NCBI GenBank assembly: GCA_002453165.1
Contig: DKGH01000158.1
Coordinates: forward strand, 1 to 63,275
Direction: 5' to 3'
From: Verrucomicrobia bacterium UBA6775
GTDB lineage: Bacteria > Verrucomicrobiota > Verrucomicrobiia > Limisphaerales > UBA1096
DNA length: 63,275 nucleotides
Shown one piece after another: positions 46,825-54,413 of the stretch (positions are counted from its first letter, which is position 1; each line of letters begins with the position of its first letter). Position numbers and translations under genes: made by a program. The notes below the pieces were generated by a model. It was not told the origin of the DNA. It searched no databases and saw nothing but the letters and a program-made list of their open reading frames with translations.

Positions 46825-49819
46825 TGCTGTTAAACAGAGACCGGCAAAGCGTGGTGAGGCCGTACTCCTTGGCCAAGCGCTTGGCCAAGCGCAACTCGTC
46901 GGCGTCCGGTTCGCGCTGGAAGGCGTCTCGAAACACCTGCGTCACCTGCGCGTCGAGGTTGCCCTTGGCATGGGTTGTCACGCGATCGGCCATCGCGCCG
47001 GCCTTGCTCAGGATGAAGTGGTTGTTGAGCAGCGCGAGAGCCTGCAGCGGGGTGGTGGTCACGGCGCGGCGCGGTGCTGTCGTGGAGGGGTCCGGGCAGT
47101 CGAACGTGTCGAGGATCGCGCTGCGCCCGCCCCGTGGACTGAACCGGTAGACCGTGCGTCGGTTGAACTCGTCGCCTTGCGGGTAGATCGGTTCGTAATA
47201 CGTGGTGCCGTTGTTGGGCGTGATGGAGACGTCCCGAAAACCGGGGCCGCCCATCTTCGGGTTGAGCCGGCCGGAGACGGCGAGCACGGCGTCGCGCAAC
47301 GACTCGGCATCGAGCCGCACCGGTGACTTGCGCCACAACAGCCGGTTGTCGGCATCGACCGCGAGCCCGTCCTCCCGAGGCGCGGCGGATTGCCGGTAAG
47401 TGTTCGAGGTGACCATCAGCCGATGCATCGCCTTGAGCCGGAGTCCGTTGTCAGTGAACTCCGCTGTCAGCCAGTCGAGCAACTCCGGGTGGCTTGGGCG
47501 GCCGCCGTTGAAGCCAAAGTCGTTCGGTGTCTCGACGATGCCGGTGCCGAAATGATGATGCCACAGTCGATTGACCAGCACGCGGGGGAACAAAGGATTG
47601 TCCGGGTGTGTCAGCCATCGCGCCAACTGCCTGCGCCGTTCGTTGTCGGATGCGTCCTGCTTGATGCCAAAGTCGCTCTTCAACATCCGCAGCGCCGCGA
47701 CCGCGCCGGGCCGAACGACTTCGCCTTCGTTCATCGCATTGCCGCGTTTCAGTAGCCGCACCGTGCCGGGGTTGCCGCGGGCGGCCACGGTGTAAACCTT
47801 CATCGACGAGCCGTTGCCCAGCGCTCGCTCGCGGCCGGTCAGGTCGGTCAGTTGATCCTTGAGCGCCTTGCGTCTGGCCTGCTGTTTCGCGCCCAGCGCG
47901 GCGGCCAGTTCCGTCTCGCCGACGAACGTCGATTCCACCCCGGCCGAGGCGGCGATTTCGTCCGGCCCAAGTGCTCGGTCGTAAAGCTGGGCACGGTGAA
48001 TTTTGCCGTTTAGGAAATTGTTACCCCCTCCGCGGTGGCGCATGCCGAAGATCATCTGCGAGCTGCCGGCGGGAAAATCGTACCGCCCGGTCTTGTACGG
48101 TTTGCCGTGTGGGAGGCCGTTGCGATAGCCGGTGATCGTGCCGTCCTCGTGGTAGACAATGGCGACGTGCACCGGCTGCTGGTGTGCCTTGTTTTCCTCC
48201 GGTGAGCCGAACGACTTGGTTCGGACAAGGCCGTTGCTGCCGGGCATCCAGCGCCGGGCCTCGCGTTCGGCGAACACGATGGAATCAAAAAACTTACCGT
48301 CGTTGCTCTGCACGCCGATCACGCCGCCGCCCTTTTGATCGAGCGTGCCCAGTTGCACCCACGCCTCGAGTGTCTTCGCCTTCAACGGAGCCGCGAGCGG
48401 AGCCGTCTCGACCCACGCGTCGCTGCCATCGACGACCAGTGCCCCGCCCTGGATCCGGGCATCGCCCTTGGCCACGCCGTGAAGCGAGCCGAGGCTGTCC
48501 TCGAGGCCAGTGTCAAACTCCCACCGAGCCAGAGGCTTCGGCGGCTCCGGTTTGTCTGAGGGGCCACCTTTTTTCCGCTTGGCCAAGGCGACTTCGCGAC
48601 CGCGATTCTCGATCCCGGTAAGCTCTTCGCCCAGCGAGGCAACCTGTTTGCGCAGCGCCTCACGCTGCCGCGTCAGCTCAGGGTCGGAGACTTTGCGCTC
48701 CCCGTGAAACACCCCGGCGATTGTCGAGGTCATCTGGTAATATTCCTTTTGCTGGATGGGATCGAATTTGTGGTTGTGACAGCGCGCGCAGTTGACCGTG
48801 AGACCGACGAACGTCTGCCCGACCGTGCCGATGATCTCCTCGAGTTCATCCTGCCGCGCGGTTTTCTTCATGAACTCGCTGCCGCCCACGACCGTGTTGT
48901 GCAGCCCGGCGACGAGGAAGCCGACCGCCTTTTGCCCGGCTGGGTCACCCGGCTTGAGCACGTCGCCAGCGACCTGCATCCGCACAAACTCGTCGTACGG
49001 CATGTCGTCGTTCAGCGCGCGGATCACCCAGTCGCGATACGGCCAGAGGTTGTTGCGGACGTTGTTCCGCTCGAAACCGTCGCTCTCGCCGAACCGCGCG
49101 AGATCCAGCCAGTGCCGGCCCCAGCGTTCGCCGTAGTGCGGCGAGCTGAGGAGGTCGTCGACCACGCGCCGGTAGGCGGCATCAGTCGGGTTGGCCACGA
49201 ACGCCGCGACCTGCTCCGCCGAGGGAGGCAGGCCGGTCAGGTCAAAATAAAGTCTGCGAATCAACGCTCGCGGATCCGCTGGGTCGCTTGGCATGAGCTT
49301 TTCGGAATCCAGCCGATTGAGGATGAACGCATCGATCGGGTTGGTCACCCAGTCCGGCTGCGAGACCGCCGGTTGGCCGGGGCGCTTCACCGGCTGGAGC
49401 GACCACCAGTCGTACCCGCCGCGCTTGGTCGTGGTGAACTGAAACGGGTCGAGGGTATCCGTCGAACCCCACTTGGCCCCGGCTGCTATCCAGTCGTGCA
49501 GCACCTTTTTCTCCGCTTGGCCAAGCGGCTGATCCGGCGGCATGTCGTCGCCGGACACCTTCTCCCAAAGCAGACTCTCGCCCGGTTTCCCGGCCACCAC
49601 CGCCGGGCCGTGTTTGCCGCCCTTGGCGGCGCCGGCCTGTTGCGACAGGTTCAGCTCGCCCTTGAGGTCGGAGCCGTTGTGACACTCGAGACATTGCCCG
49701 ACGAGGATCGGTGCCACGTCGCGGTCAAACTCCACGGCGGTAGCGGAAAAACCGGCGGTTGACCCGAGCACGGCCAAAATCAACCCCGGCAAAGAATTGC
49801 GGAACCCGAACAGGTGCAT
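46802..49819 (-). CDS. PSCyt1-PSCyt2(DUF1549)-LamG-PSD1(DUF1553) family exported protein
   Basis: CLECHNGSDLKGELNL...GDDMPP, NPIDAFILNRLDSEKL, CARCHNHKFDPI and RVLVNRLWHHHFGTGIV. A LamG-like insert lies at about nt 47950-48535. ATG 49819 gives a signal peptide. Confidence 0.85.
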   Translation of the reverse strand: MHLFGFRNSLPGLILAVLGSTAGFSATAVEFDRDVAPILVGQCLECHNGSDLKGELNLSQQAGAAKGGKHGPAVVAGKPGESLLWEKVSGDDMPPDQPLGQAEKKVLHDWIAAGAKWGSTDTLDPFQFTTTKRGGYDWWSLQPVKRPGQPAVSQPDWVTNPIDAFILNRLDSEKLMPSDPADPRALIRRLYFDLTGLPPSAEQVAAFVANPTDAAYRRVVDDLLSSPHYGERWGRHWLDLARFGESDGFERNNVRNNLWPYRDWVIRALNDDMPYDEFVRMQVAGDVLKPGDPAGQKAVGFLVAGLHNTVVGGSEFMKKTARQDELEEIIGTVGQTFVGLTVNCARCHNHKFDPIQQKEYYQMTSTIAGVFHGERKVSDPELTRQREALRKQVASLGEELTGIENRGREVALAKRKKGGPSDKPEPPKPLARWEFDTGLEDSLGSLHGVAKGDARIQGGALVVDGSDAWVETAPLAAPLKAKTLEAWVQLGTLDQKGGGVIGVQSNDGKFFDSIVFAEREARRWMPGSNGLVRTKSFGSPEENKAHQQPVHVAIVYHEDGTITGYRNGLPHGKPYKTGRYDFPAGSSQMIFGMRHRGGGNNFLNGKIHRAQLYDRALGPDEIAASAGVESTFVGETELAAALGAKQQARRKALKDQLTDLTGRERALGNGSSMKVYTVAARGNPGTVRLLKRGNAMNEGEVVRPGAVAALRMLKSDFGIKQDASDNERRRQLARWLTHPDNPLFPRVLVNRLWHHHFGTGIVETPNDFGFNGGRPSHPELLDWLTAEFTDNGLRLKAMHRLMVTSNTYRQSAAPREDGLAVDADNRLLWRKSPVRLDAESLRDAVLAVSGRLNPKMGGPGFRDVSITPNNGTTYYEPIYPQGDEFNRRTVYRFSPRGGRSAILDTFDCPDPSTTAPRRAVTTTPLQALALLNNHFILSKAGAMADRVTTHAKGNLDAQVTQVFRDAFQREPDADELRLAKRLAKEYGLTTLCRSLFNSNEFVILN
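46868..46892. repeat. iterated palindrome, double unit
   Basis: cttggccaagcgcttggccaagcgc inside the C-terminal region of the PSCyt/PSD1 CDS (LAKRLAKE on the minus strand). Confidence 0.95.
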
Positions 49820-49892
49820 ATCAAGAAAGGTGCCCGGAAAAGCTGCCTCAAGAACACCCCCGCGCAAAGCGAAAACAACGCTTGGCCAAGTG

Positions 49893-49925
49893 GAAGAAAA
49901 AAAGGAAAGGGGACATTCCTGTCCC
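49893..49925 (-). terminator. possible terminator downstream of tRNA-Ser
   Basis: On the minus strand, GGGACA-GGAA-TGTCCC hairpin followed by CTTTCCTTTTTTT. The stem is short (6 bp). Confidence 0.3.
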
Positions 49926-49966
49926 TTGTATGTTGCAGTGGATTTTTCGGGGACAGGAATGTGCCC
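49909..49966. repeat. GGGGACAGGAATGTYCCC hairpin element, two inverted copies (B1/B2)
   Basis: ggggacattcctgtccc (49909-49925) and ggggacaggaatgtgccc (49949-49966) are reverse complements except for one mismatch, with a 23-nt spacer. They lie between tRNA-Ser and the PSCyt/PSD1 gene start. Confidence 0.75.
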
Positions 49967-50001
49967 GCTCCTTTAAACAAGCCTCTCCGGAGCTTCAACC
50001 G

Positions 50002-50024
50002 CACTTGGCCAAGTGCTTGGCTGG
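50002..50024. repeat. iterated palindrome, double unit, CA/TG variant
   Basis: cacttggccaagtgcttggctgg. The first unit, CACTTGGCCAAGTG, is still a perfect palindrome after symmetric CG to CA/TG changes. It lies 38 nt downstream of tRNA-Ser. Confidence 0.85.
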
Positions 50025-50061
50025 AGAGGAAAACGAAAAACCGGGAACCGTAAAAAAGAAG

Positions 50062-50151
50062 TGGCGGAGAGAGAGGGATTCGAACCCTCGATAGGCGTTA
50101 ACCTATACTCCCTTAGCAGGGGAGCGCTTTCAACCACTCAGCCATCTCTCC
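50062..50151 (-). tRNA. tRNA-Ser (anticodon GCU), CCA encoded
   Basis: Reverse complement reads GGAGAGAUGGCUGAGUGGUUGAAAGCGCUCCCCUGCUAAGGGAGUAUAGGUUAACGCCUAUCGAGGGUUCGAAUCCCUCUCUCUCCGCCA. It has a 7-bp acceptor stem, anticodon loop CUGCUAA, a long variable arm and T-loop GGUUCGAAUCC. Confidence 0.93.
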
Positions 50152-50197
50152 GAGCGGGCCGCGCAGCTTGGCCAGGCGAGGCTCACAGGTCAAGCCG

Positions 50198-52798
50198 TCA
50201 TTGGCCTGCGAAGAGGTCCAACTGCGGCGACGGCTCGATGTTGCGAAGTGTCTCGCGCTCGGCCGATTGCCGGGAGACGTAGCGGGTGCCGCCGTCCGGC
50301 GACAGCTCGGTGTCCTCGAGGTTGCGCAGGATGGCCTTGGCCCGCTCGATCACCGGGCCGGGCACGCCGGCCAGACGGGCCACGTGGATGCCGTAGCTCT
50401 TGTCCGCGCCGCCCTCGACGATCTTGTGCAGGAACACGATCTGGTCGTTCCACTCCCGCACGGCGACGTTGAAGTTCGCGAGGCGCGGCAGCCGGCCTGC
50501 CAGCTCGGTCAACTCGTGGTAGTGCGTCGCGAACAGCGTCTTGGCGCCGACCTGGTTGTGCAGGTGCTCGACGATGGACCACGCGAGGCTCAGGCCGTCG
50601 AACGTGCTCGTGCCGCGGCCGACTTCGTCGAGTACGACGAGGCTGCGATCGGTGGCGTTGTTCAGGATGTTCGCCGTCTCGCTCATTTCGACCATGAAGG
50701 TGGATTGGCCGCGGGACAGGTCGTCGCTCGCGCCGATGCGGGTGAAGATGCGGTCGACGAGATCGACGCGCGCCTGCCGCGCCGGGAGGAAGGCACCGGT
50801 GTGGGCGAGCAACGACAGCAGGGCGACCTGCCGGATGAAGGTGCTTTTGCCGGCCATGTTCGGGCCGGTGATCACGGCGACCTGGCGGGTGTCGCGGTCC
50901 AGTTGCGTGTCGTTCGGCACGAACGGTTCACCGGTCATGGATTGCTCGAGCACCGGGTGGCGGCCCTCGTCGATCTGCAGGTCGCCCTCGTCCCGGATGT
51001 CGGGGCAAACGTGTGCGTGAAGCCGGGCCACCTCGGCAAACCCGGCCAGCACGTCGAGCTGCGCCAGCGCGGAGGCGATCTCCTGCACCTGTGGCAGCGA
51101 CTTTAAAATCTCCTCGCGCACTCGCTGGAACAGCTCGTACTCCAGCTTTTGGCTGCGCTCCTCGGAGCCGAGGATTTTGCCCTCCATCTCCTTCAGTTCC
51201 GGCGTGATGAATCGCTCGGCGTTGGCCAGGGTCTGCTTGCGGGTGTAATGCTCCGGCACCTTGTCGAGGTTGGCGCGGGTCACCTCGATGAAATATCCGA
51301 ACACGGAATTGAACCGCACCTTGAGCGAGGTGATGCCGGTTTTCTCCATCTCCTCCTGTTGCAGCTTGGCGATCCAGTCCTTGCCCTCGGTGGCGCCCCG
51401 GCGCAGTTCGTCGAGCGCGGGGTCGAAGCCCTCGCGGATGATGCCGCCGTCCTTCAGCGCCATCGGCGGATCGTCGGCGATGGCCCGCGAAACCAGATCG
51501 GCCACCTCCGGCAGATCGTGCATTTGACCTCCCAACTGGCTCAGCAGCGGCGGGATGTCATTGTCTGTTTGCTCCTCGAACACATCCTCGCTGAGGGACG
51601 GCGCGACCGGGTCGGACGCCTGCTGCACTTCGGTGATCATGCTGCGCAGGCCGGGCAGTTGCAGCAGTGCACCGCGAAGCTGCACGAGGTCGCGCGCGTT
51701 GCCGGAGCCGATGCTCAGGCGGCTGATCATCCGCTCGAGATCGCGCACCTCTTTGAGGCTCTCGCGGAACCGGTCCAGCGCCGGCCCGTTGTGAATGAAC
51801 CGGGCGATGGCCTCCTGCCGTTGGCGGATCGGTTCGACCGCCGAGAGCGGCTGCGACAGCCAGTCGCGCAACCTCCGGGCGCCCATCGGCGTGGAGGTGC
51901 GGTTCATCGCGGCGTAGAGTGTGGCCGGCTTGGCCGCCTCGCGATGGAGAGGCTCGAGGATTTCCAGATGCTTGAGCGTGGCGGCATCGAGCACGAGATA
52001 GTCGGCCACCTCATAAAATGTCAGCCGGGTGAAGTGCGTCACGTCGCGACGCAAATGTTGGCTGACGTAGTGCAGCGCGCCGCCGGCTGCGCCGATCGCT
52101 GCCGGCCGACTCTTCAGCCCGAAGCCGTCGAGAGCGGCCACCTTGAAATGATCCTTCAGCGTGAACTCCGCCGTTTCCAGCGCGAACACCCAGCCTTCGT
52201 AGCTGTTGAGCACGCTGACGTTTGGCTCGATCAACCCGGCCAGCTGCTTGGCCTCCTCCGGGTAAATCACCTCGCCCGGGTTGAGCCGTTCCAGCTCGGC
52301 GACGACGGCGGCCTCGTTTTCCAGCTCGGCCACCTTGAAGTCGCCGGTCGTCAAGTCCACGGCCGCCACACCGAACCGGCTGCCTGAAGTGGCAACGGCG
52401 ACGAGAAAATTGTTGCGCCCGGCCTCGAGCATGCGCTCGTCGAAGTGTGCGCCCGGGCTGATGATCTGGGTGATCTCGCGCTTGACCAATTGGCCCGGCC
52501 GGGCTGTCTCGACCTGATCACAGATGGCCACCTTGCGGCCGGCCTGCAGCAGCTTGGCCATGTAGCTGCCGGTGGCGTGGTACGGGATGCCGCACATCGG
52601 CGTGTCGCCGCGCTTGGTCAGTGCGACGTTGAGGATGCCGGCCGCCTCCTTGGCGTCCTCAAAGAACATCTCGTAAAAGTCCCCCAAGCGGAACAGCAGG
52701 ATGGTCCCAGCCGGCAGTTGGCCTTTGCACTGCCGGTACTGGGCCATCATCGGGGTGAGTTTCGCCTCCTTCGGCACCGGGGCGAAATTAAGGGCCAC
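50198..52798 (-). CDS. mutS: DNA mismatch repair protein MutS
   Basis: LTPMMAQYRQCKG...FRLGDFYEMFFEDA, Walker A ITGPNMAGKSTFIRQ and STFMVEMSE. The start is uncertain. GTG 52798 or 52828 is preferred, because the ORF-track start 53011 would overlap dnaB and cross the palindromic repeat. Confidence 0.9.
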   Translation of the reverse strand: MALNFAPVPKEAKLTPMMAQYRQCKGQLPAGTILLFRLGDFYEMFFEDAKEAAGILNVALTKRGDTPMCGIPYHATGSYMAKLLQAGRKVAICDQVETARPGQLVKREITQIISPGAHFDERMLEAGRNNFLVAVATSGSRFGVAAVDLTTGDFKVAELENEAAVVAELERLNPGEVIYPEEAKQLAGLIEPNVSVLNSYEGWVFALETAEFTLKDHFKVAALDGFGLKSRPAAIGAAGGALHYVSQHLRRDVTHFTRLTFYEVADYLVLDAATLKHLEILEPLHREAAKPATLYAAMNRTSTPMGARRLRDWLSQPLSAVEPIRQRQEAIARFIHNGPALDRFRESLKEVRDLERMISRLSIGSGNARDLVQLRGALLQLPGLRSMITEVQQASDPVAPSLSEDVFEEQTDNDIPPLLSQLGGQMHDLPEVADLVSRAIADDPPMALKDGGIIREGFDPALDELRRGATEGKDWIAKLQQEEMEKTGITSLKVRFNSVFGYFIEVTRANLDKVPEHYTRKQTLANAERFITPELKEMEGKILGSEERSQKLEYELFQRVREEILKSLPQVQEIASALAQLDVLAGFAEVARLHAHVCPDIRDEGDLQIDEGRHPVLEQSMTGEPFVPNDTQLDRDTRQVAVITGPNMAGKSTFIRQVALLSLLAHTGAFLPARQARVDLVDRIFTRIGASDDLSRGQSTFMVEMSETANILNNATDRSLVVLDEVGRGTSTFDGLSLAWSIVEHLHNQVGAKTLFATHYHELTELAGRLPRLANFNVAVREWNDQIVFLHKIVEGGADKSYGIHVARLAGVPGPVIERAKAILRNLEDTELSPDGGTRYVSRQSAERETLRNIEPSPQLDLFAGQ

Positions 52799-52837
52799 AC
52801 CGGAATCGGTCGAGGGGAAGATATCCACAACCCGGTC

Positions 52838-52865
52838 CGCTTGGCCAAGCGCTTGGCCAAGCGCG
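52838..52865. repeat. iterated palindrome, perfect double unit
   Basis: cgcttggccaagcgcttggccaagcgcg in the mutS/dnaB divergent region. Confidence 0.95.
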
Positions 52866-52958
52866 GGTGTTGTTGCGAATAACCCTGTCGATAACCGCCG
52901 AGAAAGTTGCCAACTTCTCATCGTTGCAAAGCAGCTGCGTTTCCGGTTTTCTTGAGTC

Positions 52959-54413
52959 GTGCCTGATATACCGGAAGCAACGCCCCTGCCTGAAAAGGAT
53001 CTGAAATACACGCCCCGCCAGCGGGAAAATCAGACCGTGGTCCCGATCGGGCGCACCCCGCCGAATGACGTTGCCGCCGAGCAGGGCGTGCTGGGCTGTG
53101 TCCTGCTCGATCCGCAGCAAAACCTCCCGGCCTGCATTGAAAAGGTCAAGGACGAGACGGTGTTTTACGATCTCCGGCACCAGGCCATTTACGCCGCGAT
53201 GGTGGCGATGTATGAGGAGACAGCCCCGATCGATTTGCTGACGCTCTCACACCAGCTTCGCTCCGCCGGGGAGTTGGACAACATCGGCGGCGTGGCCTAC
53301 CTCACCGAACTGCAGGACAGCGTGCCGTCGGCGGCAAACCTCGAGTACTATTTTGAGATTGTCCGGGATCAGGCCCTGCTGCGCCGGATGATCCAGACCT
53401 GCACCAAGGCCATCGCCGATGCGTACGACGAGACCGGCGAGGTCGACCGGTTGGTGGGCGAGGTGGAGCAGGCAGTGCTGGCGATCAACCGCGATCACAA
53501 TGTCGTGGACATGCCCAAAATCTCCGAGCATGTGCGCGATGCGGTCGCAAAGATCGAACTGCTGTTCAAAAACAAGGGCTCCACTACCGGTGTGGAGACC
53601 GGCTTCACCGATCTGGACAAAATGACCACCGGCCTGCACCCAGGCGAGATGATTGTCGTCGCCGCACGACCGTCGATGGGCAAGACCTCGCTGGCGATGA
53701 ACATCGTGGAGCACGTTGCACTGGATGCGAAGCTGCCGGTCGGGGTGTTCAGCCTGGAAATGTCCTCCGAGTCGCTCGTCATGAGGATGATCAGTTCTCT
53801 GGCGCGGATTAACAGCCACGATATGCAGGACGGCATGCTGACTCCGCAGGATTTTCCGCGCATTACTGATGCCGCCGGCCGGCTGGCCAACTCCTCCCTG
53901 CACATCGACGACTCGGCTGGTCTCTCCATCCTCCAGCTTACCGCAAGGGCCCGCCGGATGTGGCAACAGCACGGCATCAAGCTGTTTGTCATTGACTACC
54001 TGCAGCTGCTTCATTCTACTTCGCGGCGGGCAGGAGAGAACCGCCAGCAGGAGATCGCAGAGATTTCCAGTGGGATTAAGGCCTTGGCCAAGACGCTCGG
54101 TGTGCCGGTCATCGTCCTCAGTCAGCTCAACCGCGAGTTGGAGAAGGACAAGAACCGCAAGCCGCGACTTTCGGATCTCCGCGAGTCCGGATCGATTGAG
54201 CAGGATGCCGACCTCGTGGGGCTGCTGTACAAGCCGGGCGGCGTGGACGAGGACACGGACGATCCCGAGAGCGAAGCCCGACCGGTGAATCTCCTCATTG
54301 CCAAGCAGCGCAACGGCCCGACCGGGGATGTTCCCCTGACCTTTTTGAAGGGTTACACAAGATTTGAGAACGCAGCCAAGTTCAATCGCGAAGACATGCC
54401 GCAGGATGACTAG
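52959..54413 (+). CDS. dnaB: replicative DNA helicase
   Basis: PPNDVAAEQGVLGCVLLDP, Walker A AARPSMGKTSLAMN, VIDYLQLL and SQLNRELE. Confidence 0.93.
   Translation: MPDIPEATPLPEKDLKYTPRQRENQTVVPIGRTPPNDVAAEQGVLGCVLLDPQQNLPACIEKVKDETVFYDLRHQAIYAAMVAMYEETAPIDLLTLSHQLRSAGELDNIGGVAYLTELQDSVPSAANLEYYFEIVRDQALLRRMIQTCTKAIADAYDETGEVDRLVGEVEQAVLAINRDHNVVDMPKISEHVRDAVAKIELLFKNKGSTTGVETGFTDLDKMTTGLHPGEMIVVAARPSMGKTSLAMNIVEHVALDAKLPVGVFSLEMSSESLVMRMISSLARINSHDMQDGMLTPQDFPRITDAAGRLANSSLHIDDSAGLSILQLTARARRMWQQHGIKLFVIDYLQLLHSTSRRAGENRQQEIAEISSGIKALAKTLGVPVIVLSQLNRELEKDKNRKPRLSDLRESGSIEQDADLVGLLYKPGGVDEDTDDPESEARPVNLLIAKQRNGPTGDVPLTFLKGYTRFENAAKFNREDMPQDD

Noticed and set aside
51149-52387. 412-aa ORF antisense to mutS, and similar long shadow ORFs in the housekeeping block
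   Set aside because: These are shadow frames of strongly supported genes (mutS, dnaB, bamA, sucB, sucA): 48704..49762, 50168..51106, 53247..54539, 54868..56160, 59406..60749, 60912..61913 and 61995..62915. None has independent support.
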